A stretch of DNA of 64,000 nt from Candidatus Dormiibacterota bacterium (lineage in GTDB: Bacteria > Chloroflexota > Dormibacteria > Aeolococcales > Aeolococcaceae), in contig CAWHLW010000015.1 in NCBI GenBank assembly GCA_963830305.1, positions 61,969 through 125,968 on the forward strand, given 5' to 3'. The notes under the pieces were generated by a model. The model ran no database searches. It had not been told where the DNA came from and saw only the letters and a list, made by a program, of their open reading frames with translations. Made by a program: the position numbers and the translations under genes. Numbering within the stretch: the stretch's first letter is position 1; every line of letters begins with the position of its first letter. Of this stretch, positions 45,287 through 55,372 are shown in pieces.

Positions 45287-46240
45287 ATGCAGACCAGCGC
45301 CGACATCGTCATGAGCCCACCGGACGCCGTCAGCGCGGCTGCAGTGGCCGACGTCGTCGCACGCACACCCGCCATGCACGTGCGGGCCACCGCTCGTGAT
45401 TACATCAGCCTGGCCAAGCCGCGGATCATCGTGCTCCTGCTGATCACCGAACTCGCAACGATGATCATCGCCGCGCGCGGCATTCCATCACTCGCCCTGC
45501 TCTTCTGGGCAGCGCTTGGTGGCGCGCTCGCGTCGGGTGGTGCGGGCGCCATCAATTGCTGGTATGACCGTGACATCGACCGGGTCATGGCGAGAACATG
45601 CAGCCGGCCGCTGCCGTCCGGGCGCATCCTCCCCTGGCAGGGGCTGAGCTTCGGGGTGTCGCTGATCGCGGCGTCGGTGCTGGTATTCATCGTCGCAGTG
45701 AACGCGCAGGCCGCGGCCCTGGCGCTCGCCGGCGGATTGTTCTACGTCTTCATCTACACGATGCTGCTGAAGCGCAGAACGCCGCTCAACATCGTCATCG
45801 GCGGAGCAGCGGGTGCGTTTCCGCCGCTCGTGGGCTGGGCGGCCGTCACCGGCACCGTCGGATGGCCGGCGTTCGTGCTCTTCGCCATCGTGTTCCTCTG
45901 GACGCCACCGCACTTCTGGTCGCTCGCACTCCTGCTGCGCCGCGATTACCGCAACGCGAGCGTGCCGATGCTCCCCGGCATCATCGGTACCGCGCGCACG
46001 CACCGGCGGATCCTCCTGTACCTGCTCGCGCTCATCAGCGCGAGCCTGCTGCCCGGACTCATCCTGGGCATCGGGTACACCACCGGTGCAGCCGTGCTGG
46101 GTGCCGGTTATCTCGCGCTGGCCCTCTGGGCCCGCATCAAGGGTTCATCGCACGCTGCTGCGGTGCTGTTCCACTACTCGCTCGCCTACCTGGCCTTGAT
46201 CTTTGTTGTGGGAGCGGTCTCCGCGGTGGTGCTGGGCTAG
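45287..46240 (+). CDS. ctaB: Protoheme IX farnesyltransferase (heme O synthase)
   Basis: YISLAKPRIIVLLLITE, NCWYDRDIDRVMARTCSRPLPSGRI, WTPPHFWSLAL. 317 aa, UbiA fold. Confidence 0.9.
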   Translation: MQTSADIVMSPPDAVSAAAVADVVARTPAMHVRATARDYISLAKPRIIVLLLITELATMIIAARGIPSLALLFWAALGGALASGGAGAINCWYDRDIDRVMARTCSRPLPSGRILPWQGLSFGVSLIAASVLVFIVAVNAQAAALALAGGLFYVFIYTMLLKRRTPLNIVIGGAAGAFPPLVGWAAVTGTVGWPAFVLFAIVFLWTPPHFWSLALLLRRDYRNASVPMLPGIIGTARTHRRILLYLLALISASLLPGLILGIGYTTGAAVLGAGYLALALWARIKGSSHAAAVLFHYSLAYLALIFVVGAVSAVVLG

Positions 46241-46303
46241 CGAGAGGAACGCAGCCGGCCCGGCTTGCGCTTGAGCCGGACCGGCCGCCGTTACGACAGA
46301 GTG

Positions 46304-47689
46304 TTAGTGACCGAGCGCGGTCGTCGCCTGTGTATCCATGGTCGCCTCGATCGATGAGACATTCGAGGCACTCGGGTTCTGCACGAACTGGATCAGGTCC
46401 TTCCACAACGAGGGTTCCCAGCTGCCCTGAAGGTCGTCGAGGCTGAACACGAAGCTGCTCGCGCTGACCAGCGCCTGCGCGTCAGCCTGGGTCACAGCAT
46501 CCGGATAGGCGCTCGACTTCACCTGGTTGTTCGGGCTGGCGAACCCACCAAGGTGTGCCCAGATGGTGCCGGGTTCGGGTCCGGCGATGTACTTGATCAG
46601 CGCAACCGCCTGCGGTGTCTGATTGAGCATCATCGCGACGTCACCTGCACCCTGGATCGCCGTGTTGTTCGCGCTGTCGGCCGCCGGGGCCGGGAACGGG
46701 AAGAAGTCGTAGCACGGCGTCTTGGATGCGTCAGCGGTGCACGCGGCACCGCCAGTCCCCGTGGTGCCCGGGGTGTAGTTGGAGGAGTTGCCGGTGATCT
46801 CGCTGACCACGAAGTCAGCCTCGATCACCATCGCCGCCGAGGGCTGCGCGGGTGGCTTCGGAAACACCTTGTCAACGCATGCGGGGTACCCGTTGGAGAG
46901 CGATCCCTGCAATCCGCCGTCGAGCCACGACGTCTGGCTCACAAGCTGCGCCATGGTGGTGAATGCGGTGGTGACCGACGGGTCCGTCCACTTCAGGGTG
47001 TGGGCCGCCAGCTTGTTGTAGTCAGCGGCGCCTGCGGTCTTGAGGTAGATGTTCTGCCACATGTCCGCCACCGGCCAACCGACGTCGGTGCAGAGTGAGA
47101 ACGGGGTGACACCGGCCGCCTTCAACTGCGCGGCGTCGGTGAGCAACTGCTCCCACGTGGTGGGTGGCGATGAGATACCTGCCTGGGTGAAGAGCGCGGG
47201 GTTGTACCAGATCGTGTTCTTGTTCGCGCCCTTGAACCACACGCCGTACTGCTTGCCGTTGTAGCTGGCGAGCGTGTTCCACGCGGCGCCGAAGTTGGAC
47301 GTCAGGCTGCCGAGCGTGCTCGTCAGGTCCTTGACCGCATTTTGCTTGGCGAGCGTGTCGAGCGTGCCCGGGTCCGGGACGAATGCCACGTCCGGCGGCG
47401 AACCACCCGACACCGCGGCCGTCAGGGCGGTGTCGATGTTGTTGCCCTTGCCCTGGTAGTTCACGGTGATACCGGTTTCGGCCTCGAACGGCGCCAGCGC
47501 AGCGAGGAAGTCCTGCTGCTCCTGTGCAGTCCACTCGGCCCATACCGTGACCGATCCGCCGATCTTCCCGCTCGATGAGCTGGCGCCCGACGATGATGAG
47601 GGCGTCGACGTCGAACCGCATGCCGTTGCGATTCCCAGGACTCCTGCCGTCACCACCGCCAGCTTGCCCAGCGTGCTGACCTGCGTCAT
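46304..47689 (-). CDS. Sugar ABC transporter substrate-binding lipoprotein (CUT1 family)
   Basis: Start at ATG 47689, preceded by AGGAGG. MTQVSTLGKLAVVTAGVLGIATACGS lipobox. The long N-terminal extension in the ORF track is rejected. Confidence 0.85.
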   Translation of the reverse strand: MTQVSTLGKLAVVTAGVLGIATACGSTSTPSSSSGASSSSGKIGGSVTVWAEWTAQEQQDFLAALAPFEAETGITVNYQGKGNNIDTALTAAVSGGSPPDVAFVPDPGTLDTLAKQNAVKDLTSTLGSLTSNFGAAWNTLASYNGKQYGVWFKGANKNTIWYNPALFTQAGISSPPTTWEQLLTDAAQLKAAGVTPFSLCTDVGWPVADMWQNIYLKTAGAADYNKLAAHTLKWTDPSVTTAFTTMAQLVSQTSWLDGGLQGSLSNGYPACVDKVFPKPPAQPSAAMVIEADFVVSEITGNSSNYTPGTTGTGGAACTADASKTPCYDFFPFPAPAADSANNTAIQGAGDVAMMLNQTPQAVALIKYIAGPEPGTIWAHLGGFASPNNQVKSSAYPDAVTQADAQALVSASSFVFSLDDLQGSWEPSLWKDLIQFVQNPSASNVSSIEATMDTQATTALGH

Positions 47690-47876
47690 ATAGGTCCTCC
47701 TCACAGGGGCAAACCAGCGACGGTCCCCTGGCGATCCAGTTCGTAATGAACCGGTGTACTCCACCTGTACCGGAAACGCAACAGCGCCAGATCGGTTCTC
47801 ATACCAATGGGTGATACCGGGTTGCGGTCGGCCGTCCGCAGACGTAGCATCACCGGCACTGTGGTGAGGGCCTGAC

Positions 47877-49319
47877 GTGGCGGTGGTCGCCCCAACGACT
47901 GATGCACCTGCCGAGGTGCCCGGGGGAGAGGTCCTCCCTTCGTCGAGCAAGCACGCCGGCGGCGGCGGTTTTCGCAGCCACCTGGGCTCGCTGGCCTTCC
48001 TGCTCCCGGGGGCCGTGTGGCTGGCGCTGATCGTCGTGTATCCGCTGATCGCGACGGTGATCCGGAGCTTCTTCGACGCCAGTGGACAGAACTTCATCGC
48101 GCTCGGCAACTACAAGGCGATCTTCTCGACGACCGACATCATCGTCGCGCTCAAGAACAACGTGGTGTGGGTCGTGCTGTTCCCGTTCCTGGTCACCTTC
48201 TTTGGCCTGGTGTTCGCGGTGCTCACCGAGCGCATCCGCTGGTCGACCGCCTTCAAGACCATCGTCTTCATGCCGCTGGTGTTCAGTGCGACCGCTGCCG
48301 GCCTCACCTGGGCTTCGATCTTCTTCATCGATCCGCATACCGGCATGGTCAACGCCGCCATTCAGGGCGCCGCCAACGCGATCAATCCGCCTGGGCTCTA
48401 TCCGATCGACCCGAGCGCGGGCCAGACCGTCTCCGGCCTCGTCGCCACCGGAGTCGAGACCGGACCGAGCAACACACTCCAGAGCAAGGACACCGTCAGC
48501 GCGGGAAGCACCATTGAACTGGGCTTGATCGGTATCAGCCCGGAGACGCTACAGGCCAACGGCGCGGCGACTGCGGTGGCGCCCACCGCGTCATCGGGAG
48601 CGATCAACGGGCTCGTCTGGCGTGACTTCTCGCCAACGCATCCCACGGTTCGGGGACAGGTGTTCCCCGACGAGGACGGCATCCCGGGGTTGCATCTCGC
48701 GCTGCTCAGCGGGAGCGGAACCTCCGTCGCCACCACCACCACGTCTAAGAACGGCACGTTCTCATTCGCCAACCCTGGTTCGGGCAACTACCGCGTGCAG
48801 GTCACTGCCAACAATTTCCAAGCCGGATTCAACGGCATCTTCTTCCTTGGCACGCAGTCGCTCACACCGACCAGCTCGTTGAATCCGACGTTGTCGGCGA
48901 TCTTCAGCCTGCCGATCGTCGACATCGCCATGATCATCGCGTACCTCTGGATCTGGGCAGGTTTCGCGATGGTGGTGATCGGTGCGGGCCTCGCCGCGCT
49001 CAACCGTGAGGTGCTCGAGGCTGCGCAGATCGATGGCGCCAGTGAGTGGCAGACGCTGCGGAGGGTGACCGTCCCGATGTTGCGCCCAGTCCTTGTCGTG
49101 GTCTTCGTCACCATGCTCATCAACGTCCTCAAGATCTTCGACATCATCCTCAACATGCCCGCCGCGTCTTCGCAGGGCGGCGCCGCCACGCTCGCGGTCG
49201 ATATCTACAACGATTTCTCCACCCCGACCGGAGAGGGGCTCGCCGCCGCGCTCGCGGTGGTGCTCTTCATCCTGGTCGTCCCCGCCATGCTGTTCAACCT
49301 CAAGAGGATCCGCGGATGA
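47877..49319 (+). CDS. Sugar ABC transporter permease (MalF/CUT1 type) with a ~190-aa extracytoplasmic insertion
   Basis: 480 aa. EAA-loop region LNREVLEAAQIDGASEWQTLRRVTVPMLRP. Between TM3 and TM4, residues ~152-345 are non-membrane and include an SdrD-B/Cna-B-like repeat. Confidence 0.85.
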   Translation: MAVVAPTTDAPAEVPGGEVLPSSSKHAGGGGFRSHLGSLAFLLPGAVWLALIVVYPLIATVIRSFFDASGQNFIALGNYKAIFSTTDIIVALKNNVVWVVLFPFLVTFFGLVFAVLTERIRWSTAFKTIVFMPLVFSATAAGLTWASIFFIDPHTGMVNAAIQGAANAINPPGLYPIDPSAGQTVSGLVATGVETGPSNTLQSKDTVSAGSTIELGLIGISPETLQANGAATAVAPTASSGAINGLVWRDFSPTHPTVRGQVFPDEDGIPGLHLALLSGSGTSVATTTTSKNGTFSFANPGSGNYRVQVTANNFQAGFNGIFFLGTQSLTPTSSLNPTLSAIFSLPIVDIAMIIAYLWIWAGFAMVVIGAGLAALNREVLEAAQIDGASEWQTLRRVTVPMLRPVLVVVFVTMLINVLKIFDIILNMPAASSQGGAATLAVDIYNDFSTPTGEGLAAALAVVLFILVVPAMLFNLKRIRG

Positions 49320-50240
49320 CTGTGCAGGCTGCGTCGTTGCCGGTCGCCGCGGCCGCCCCGGCGAAACAACGACGGTTCCGTATGCGCCCGTCGCGCATCG
49401 TCGTCAACGTCGTGCTCGCCGCGATCGCGATCTTCTGGCTGGTGCCGTCGGTGGGCGTCTTCATCATCTCGCTCCGGCCCAACAGCGACTTCGAGGTATC
49501 GGGGTGGTGGACGGTGTTCACCGCTCCGGCGCAACTCTCGTTCAGCAATTACCAGCAGCTCTTCTCGGCGGGGTTCAAGGCAGGAGGTGTGCTCGAACTC
49601 GCTGACCACCTCCATCGCGATCACCGTGCCGGTGACCATCCTGGTGACCCTCATCTCGAGTCTCACCGCGTACTCACTCGTCTTCGGGAGATGGCGCGGC
49701 CGGACCGCGGTGTTTCTGCTCATCGTCGCGCTGCTCGTCCTGCCACTGCAGATGGCGCTGATCCCTGTTGCCAGCCTGTACAAGGTGTTCGACAACGCCA
49801 CCGGTCTGTCGCTGTTCGGCTCGGTCATCGGGACGATCATCTTTCACGTTGCGTTCGGGCTCCCCTTCGGTATCTTCCTGATGCGCAACTTCTATTCCGG
49901 GATCCCGCATGACCTCCTCGAAGCGGGACGCATCGACGGAGCGGGGGAGTGGACGCTCTTCCGGAAGGTCGTGATGCCGATTGGCATCCCGGCGCTCGCG
50001 TCGCTCGCGATCTTCCAGTTCATCTGGGTGTGGAACGACCTGCTTGTTGCCTTGATCTTCCTGTCGGGCAACCCGCATGAGACGCTGACGCTGTTCCTGT
50101 ACGGGCAGACGCGCGCGCTCGCCTCCAACTACTGGATCATCTCGACCGGGGCGATGATCTCGATCATCATCCCATTGATCGTGTTCTTTGCCTTCCAGCG
50201 ATATTTCGTCCGTGGCGTGCTCGCCGGGGCGGTGAAATGA
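49316..50240 (+). pseudogene. Sugar ABC transporter permease (MalG/CUT1 type), +1 frameshift near 49580-49600
   Basis: ATGA overlap with the preceding permease gene. MTVQAASL...FWLVPSVGVFIISLRP...SFSNYQQLFSAGFKAGGV in the frame of ORF 49046 continues as (L)NSLTTSIAITVPVTIL...EAGRIDGAGEWTLFRKVVMP... in the frame of ORF 49587. Confidence 0.8.
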
Positions 50241-50250
50241 GGAGCGTGTC

Positions 50251-51396
50251 ATGGCCGGCGTAGTCCTCGACGATCTGACCAAGCGGTATGACGGCGGAGC
50301 GCTTGCGGTCGACAAGCTCAACCTCGACATCCATGACGGAGAGTTCGTGTGCCTGGTGGGACCGTCGGGGTGCGGCAAGACCACGGCGCTGCGCATGATC
50401 GCGGGCCTCGAGGAGATCACCAGCGGTGAGGTGCGGATCGGGGACCGCGTCGTCAACAACCTGCCACCGCGTGATCGCGATATCGCCATGGTGTTCCAGA
50501 GCTATGCCCTCTATCCCCACATGAGCGTGCGCGACAACATGGCGTTCGGTCTGCAGTTGCGCAAGACACCCAAGGCGGATATCGACAAGGCGGTGGTGGA
50601 GGCGGCGCGCATCCTCGACCTCGAGCGCTTCCTCGACCGCAAGCCCGGGCAGCTGTCCGGAGGCCAGCGCCAGCGCGTGGCGCTCGGTCGCGCGATCGTG
50701 CGTGAGCCCGCGGTGTTCCTGATGGACGAGCCGCTCTCGAACCTCGATGCGAAGCTGCGCGTGCAGACGCGCGCGGAGATTGCCCGTATGCATACCCGCC
50801 TGCAGGCAACCATGATCTACGTCACCCACGACCAGGTGGAGGCGATGACCATGGGCGACCGCATCGCCGTGATCAACGAGGGCGTGCTCCAGCAGGCGGG
50901 CACTCCCAAGGATCTCTACGAGCTTCCCCAGAATCGCTTTGTTGCAGGCTTCATCGGCTCACCGTCGATGAACTTCATCGACCTCAAGGTCACGCAGGAT
51001 GGCGGCGTCATGCGGCTTGTCGGTGAGGGAGCCGAGATGCGGCCGGACGACACCCAGGCAGCACTGCTGCGTGATCAGGGTATCGACACCGTGACCGTCG
51101 GCTTCCGACCCGAGCACCTCGAGCTCGCGGCCCAGACCGGGCCTGGTCTGAGCGTGACGGTCGTGGTCGACGTGGTCGAATTCCTCGGCAACGACGAGCT
51201 CATCCATGGCAGCAGCGAAGGCCGTGACGTGGTGGCCATCATCAACGCCGACAACACGCTGACTGTCGGTCAGTCGGTCACGCTGTCGTCGCCGCCGCGC
51301 CGCCTCCACCTCTTCAATCCGACGACCGGCCTCCGCATCGCCAAGAACGGCGTGGCGGGCACCAATTCGGCGGCGTACCGCGTCACCACGGGCTGA
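50251..51396 (+). CDS. Sugar ABC transporter ATP-binding protein (MsiK/UgpC/MalK type)
   Basis: Walker A GPSGCGKTT, signature LSGGQRQRVALGRAI, Walker B FLMDEPLSNLD. C-terminal TOBE-like domain. Confidence 0.9.
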   Translation: MAGVVLDDLTKRYDGGALAVDKLNLDIHDGEFVCLVGPSGCGKTTALRMIAGLEEITSGEVRIGDRVVNNLPPRDRDIAMVFQSYALYPHMSVRDNMAFGLQLRKTPKADIDKAVVEAARILDLERFLDRKPGQLSGGQRQRVALGRAIVREPAVFLMDEPLSNLDAKLRVQTRAEIARMHTRLQATMIYVTHDQVEAMTMGDRIAVINEGVLQQAGTPKDLYELPQNRFVAGFIGSPSMNFIDLKVTQDGGVMRLVGEGAEMRPDDTQAALLRDQGIDTVTVGFRPEHLELAAQTGPGLSVTVVVDVVEFLGNDELIHGSSEGRDVVAIINADNTLTVGQSVTLSSPPRRLHLFNPTTGLRIAKNGVAGTNSAAYRVTTG

Positions 51397-51462
51397 GCAA
51401 CAGACGCGCGCGCGTCCCTCGCCAGGGCTTAGTCATCGAGCGAGGGCCGTTTCCGGCGGGTG

Positions 51463-51906
51463 CTACGCGGAGGGGAGGACCGCAGCGGGCGCGTCGAGCG
51501 ACCTCGGGTAGGCCTCGTCGATCAGCGGGCTCGAGAGGATGAAGTCGGCGGTGGCGCGGTTGCAGGCCATCGGGATGTTGTGCACCACCGCGATCCTCAG
51601 CAGTGCCTTGACGTCGACGTCATGGGGATGCGGTTCGAGCGGGTCCCAGAAGAAGATGATCACGTCGATGCGTCCCTCAGCGATCGCGGCCCCGACCTGC
51701 TGATCGCCGCCGAGCGGTCCGGTGAGAAAGCGGTGCACCGGGAGACCAAGCTCATTCGCAACCATCGCGCCGGTCGTCCCTGTGCCGAGGAGGTCGTGCC
51801 GCGAGAGCGTGTCGCGATTGAAGCGCGCCCACTCGAGCATGTCCGCCTTCTTGTTGTCGTGGGCGATCAGCACGATCTGCTTTCGCCGGGGGCCTGAACG
51901 GGGCAC
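51463..51906 (-). CDS. mgsA: Methylglyoxal synthase
   Basis: Start at GTG 51906. KQIVLIAHDNKKADMLEWA...LLGTGTTG...GPLGGDQQVGA...IDVIIFFWDPL..HPHDVDVKALLR. The remainder of the 356-aa ORF is not protein-like. Confidence 0.85.
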   Translation of the reverse strand: MPRSGPRRKQIVLIAHDNKKADMLEWARFNRDTLSRHDLLGTGTTGAMVANELGLPVHRFLTGPLGGDQQVGAAIAEGRIDVIIFFWDPLEPHPHDVDVKALLRIAVVHNIPMACNRATADFILSSPLIDEAYPRSLDAPAAVLPSA

Positions 51907-51924
51907 GGCGCCTACTCTATCGCG

Positions 51925-53169
51925 GTGTCCAGGATGACGCCTGCCGCGCTGCGGCATCGAGATTTCGCGCTGCTCTGGTCCGGCCAGAGCATCTCGCTGG
52001 TTGGCGACGGTGTGTACACGGTCGCGCTTGCGCTGGAGACCCTGCGCATCGACAACCATCCGCTGGCGCTGTCTCTCGTGCTCGCGGCGAGGCTGCTGCC
52101 CACGGTATTGCTGCTCGTCGCCGGTGGGGTGATCGTCGACCGGGTTCCGCGCCGGCTGGCCATGCTCGCGTCGGACAGCACCCGCGGTGTTGCGGTCGCC
52201 GTCGTTGCAGCGCTGGTCGCACTTGGCACCCTCCAGATCTGGGAGCTCGTCGTCATCTCGGCCGTCTTCGGCGCCGCCGACGCCCTGTTCTATCCGGCCG
52301 CGACCGCGGTGACCCCGGAGATCCTGCCCGCGGACCTGCTCCTCCAGGGCAGCGCGCTCAACCACACCAGCCAGACCGTTTCGCAGGCGCTCATCGGACC
52401 GGCACTCGGCGGTCTCGTCGTCGCGACACTCGGCTATCAGTGGGGCTTCGCCATCGACGCCGCGAGCTTTGCTGTCAGCGCCGGCTGCGTGATTGCCATG
52501 TCGAGCCGGCCGCGCCCCGAGCCCTCGGGTCACTCGCCACTCGCCGATGCGCGCGAGGGACTGCGCTACGTCCGATCGCAGCGCTGGCTGTGGGTCTCCC
52601 TCGTGGCTGCGGGACTCGCGAACTTTGCCGCCTTCTCGCCGCTCTCGGTGCTCGTCCCGCTGCTCGTTCGCAACGTGCTCGGTCAGGGACCGCTCGCGTT
52701 GGGATTGGTGCTCGCTGCCGGCGGGGTGGGCGGAGGCGTGACGGCGATCGTCGTGGCCAGGTTCGGGGCCCCACGCCTGCGAATCACTTCGATGTGGGCC
52801 GGCTGGGCAGTCTCTGCGGCGGCCATCGTCGGGCTGGCGTTCGCCCCCAACGTATGGTTCGCTGGCGCGTTCGCCTTCGTCATCACTGGGACGCTGATGT
52901 ACGGCAACATCCTGTGGTATCCGATCATGCAGGAGATCGTGCCGCCGGAACTGCTCGGTCGCGCGTCCTCCGTCGACTGGTTGGTCTCACTCAGCCTGAG
53001 CCCGCTCGGCGTACTGGTCAGCGGCGCGCTTGCTGGGGTCATCGGGACGCGGGTCACCATGCTGATTGGCGGGTGTATCTCCTTAGCCCTCTGCGGCGTC
53101 CTCTTCGTCCCCGGTGTTCGCGATCCTGAGCGGAACCTGAGTTCGCAGGTGGCGGCCACGTCGCGATAA
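51925..53169 (+). CDS. MFS transporter
   Basis: 414 aa, 12 TM helices. RDFALLWSGQSISLVGDGVYTVAL and GGVIVDRVPRRL motifs. Confidence 0.85.
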   Translation: MSRMTPAALRHRDFALLWSGQSISLVGDGVYTVALALETLRIDNHPLALSLVLAARLLPTVLLLVAGGVIVDRVPRRLAMLASDSTRGVAVAVVAALVALGTLQIWELVVISAVFGAADALFYPAATAVTPEILPADLLLQGSALNHTSQTVSQALIGPALGGLVVATLGYQWGFAIDAASFAVSAGCVIAMSSRPRPEPSGHSPLADAREGLRYVRSQRWLWVSLVAAGLANFAAFSPLSVLVPLLVRNVLGQGPLALGLVLAAGGVGGGVTAIVVARFGAPRLRITSMWAGWAVSAAAIVGLAFAPNVWFAGAFAFVITGTLMYGNILWYPIMQEIVPPELLGRASSVDWLVSLSLSPLGVLVSGALAGVIGTRVTMLIGGCISLALCGVLFVPGVRDPERNLSSQVAATSR

Positions 53170-53195
53170 CAAGCCGCAGTGCCAGACTCGATTGG

Positions 53196-53573
53196 GTGAT
53201 TGCGGTGTCCTCGATCGTGCTGTTCGCGGGCGACGCGGAACGAACCGGCGCCTTCTACCGCGCTCTCGGCGTTCCTCTGGAGGCTGAGGACCACGGCGAC
53301 GGGCCGGTTCATCTCGCAGCGGACCTCGACGGCGTCCACTTCGCCGTCTTTGAGGGGAGCGATCCTGGACGCGACCAGCCGTGGCGGTGCGCGGGGAGCA
53401 CCTTCGCGGGGTTGTACGTTGAGTCACTCGACGACACCGTTGGGGCGCTGCGCGCGTTCGGGGCACGGGTCCTCGCCGAGCATGAGGAGCGCGACTGGGG
53501 ATGCCGGGCGGTGGTCGAGGATCCCGATGGCCGGGCGGTCGAGATCAGCCAGCGAGACCACTGCACTCCGTGA
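53196..53573 (+). CDS. VOC (glyoxalase/bleomycin-resistance/dioxygenase) family protein
   Basis: 125 aa. IVLFAGDAERTGAFYRALGVPLE...VEDPDGRAVEI shows the typical paired beta-alpha-beta-beta-beta ends. Confidence 0.6.
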   Translation: MIAVSSIVLFAGDAERTGAFYRALGVPLEAEDHGDGPVHLAADLDGVHFAVFEGSDPGRDQPWRCAGSTFAGLYVESLDDTVGALRAFGARVLAEHEERDWGCRAVVEDPDGRAVEISQRDHCTP

Positions 53574-53625
53574 GACAGGCGAGGAACAACCGGCTGCATC
53601 CATATTGCGAGCAGATCGCCTGAGC

Positions 53626-55365
53626 GTGGTCACCACCAGCGAGTCCGCACCGCCCGGCACCACTTCGCGGCGTCCGCGCGGCGACGGGTACAAGTGGGTT
53701 GCGCTCTCCAACACGACGGTCGGCGTGCTCCTGGCGACGATCGATGCATCGATCATGCTCATCGCGATGCCCGACATCTTTCGGGGCATCGGTCTCAATC
53801 CGCTCGACCCGGCGAACAGCTTCTACCTGCTGTGGATGATCCTCGGCTTCCTCATCGTCAGCAGCGTGCTCGTGGTGGGCCTCGGCCGTCTCGGCGACAT
53901 CGTGGGCCGCGTGCGTATCTACAACCTCGGATTCGTCATCTACACGAGTGCGTCGCTGCTGCTGACGATCGACTGGATGACCGGCCCGCCGGGTGCGATC
54001 TGGCTGATGATCTTCCGCGTCGTGCAGGGCATCGGCGCCGCATGCCTCATCGGCAACTCGGCGGCGATTCTCACCGATGCATTCCCCGTGAACCAGCGCG
54101 GGCTCGCGCTTGGCATCAACAACATCGCCGGCATCAGCGGCGTGTTCATCGGCCTCGTGCTCGGCGGGTTGCTCGCCCCCATCAACTGGCGGCTCGTGTT
54201 TCTCGTGTCGGTCCCGTTCGGGCTCTTCGGCACCGTCTGGGCGTACCTCAAGCTCGAGGAGCGCGGCATCCGCAAACGCGTCCCGATCGACTGGCTTGGC
54301 AACCTGACGTTCGCCATCGGGCTCATCCTCGTGATGATCGGCATCACCTATGGGATCGAGCCGTACAAGTCCGACCCGATGGGATGGACGAGCCCCTTCG
54401 TGCTCGGTGCGCTGGTGCTTGGTGCCGCGTTCCTGGCGGGCTTTGCGGCGGTCGAAAGTCGCGTCGAGAACCCGATGTTCCGGCTCGGGTTGTTCCGCAT
54501 TCGCGCGTTCACCTTCGGCACGCTCTCGAGCTTTCTCGCCGCCGTCGGGCGCGGCGGACTCATGTTCATGCTGATCATCTGGTTGCAGGGAATCTGGTTA
54601 CCAGAGCACGGATACAGCTTCACGTCGACACCGCTCTGGGCGGGCATCTACATGATTCCGTTGACCGTCGGCTTCCTGCTCGCCGGGCCGTTGTCGGGAT
54701 TTCTCTCCGACCGATTCGGCTCACGTCCGTTTGCGACCGGGGGGATGATCGGTGCTGCCGCGAGCTTCGCGTTCCTGCAGCTGTTGCCGATCAACTTCCC
54801 ATATCAGCTCTTCGCGCTGATCCTGTTCCTGAATGGTCTCTCCATGGGCGCATTCGCATCGCCCAACCGCGCGGGTGTCATGAACAGCCTTCCGCCCGGT
54901 GACCGCGGTGCCGGCGGTGGCATGAACGCGACCTTCCAGAGCTCCGCGCAAGTGCTCTCGATCGGCATCTTCTTCACGCTGATGATCACCGGACTGGCGG
55001 CGACACTGTCGCGGACCATGACCGCCGGCCTGGAGGCACACGGAGTCCCGGCGGCTGTCGCGGTGCACATCGGCCACCTGCCGCCAGTGTCGATCCTGTT
55101 CGCGGCGTTCCTCGGATACAACCCAATTCAGTCGCTGGTCGGGACGCACGTGCTCTCGCAGCTCTCCGCGGCCAACGCGTCCGCGCTCACCGGACGCCAG
55201 TTCTTCCCAGAGCTGATCTCCGGTCCGTTCGCCGCAGGGTTACACCAGGCGTTCACGTTCTCGCTGGTGGTCTGCCTCATCGCGGCGCTCGCCTCATGGT
55301 CGCGAGGGAAGCGCGTCGGCCCCGTCGTGTCGGCGGCAATCGCCACCGAGGCGCCCGAACTCTGA
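53626..55365 (+). CDS. MFS drug:H+ antiporter, DHA2/EmrB-like (14 TM)
   Basis: Start GTG 53626 (the upstream part of the 721-aa ORF overlaps the VOC gene and is not protein-like). KWVALSNTTVGVLLATIDASIMLIAMPDI, GRLGDIVGRVRIYNLG. Confidence 0.85.
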   Translation: MVTTSESAPPGTTSRRPRGDGYKWVALSNTTVGVLLATIDASIMLIAMPDIFRGIGLNPLDPANSFYLLWMILGFLIVSSVLVVGLGRLGDIVGRVRIYNLGFVIYTSASLLLTIDWMTGPPGAIWLMIFRVVQGIGAACLIGNSAAILTDAFPVNQRGLALGINNIAGISGVFIGLVLGGLLAPINWRLVFLVSVPFGLFGTVWAYLKLEERGIRKRVPIDWLGNLTFAIGLILVMIGITYGIEPYKSDPMGWTSPFVLGALVLGAAFLAGFAAVESRVENPMFRLGLFRIRAFTFGTLSSFLAAVGRGGLMFMLIIWLQGIWLPEHGYSFTSTPLWAGIYMIPLTVGFLLAGPLSGFLSDRFGSRPFATGGMIGAAASFAFLQLLPINFPYQLFALILFLNGLSMGAFASPNRAGVMNSLPPGDRGAGGGMNATFQSSAQVLSIGIFFTLMITGLAATLSRTMTAGLEAHGVPAAVAVHIGHLPPVSILFAAFLGYNPIQSLVGTHVLSQLSAANASALTGRQFFPELISGPFAAGLHQAFTFSLVVCLIAALASWSRGKRVGPVVSAAIATEAPEL

Positions 55366-55372
55366 CGTCCGG

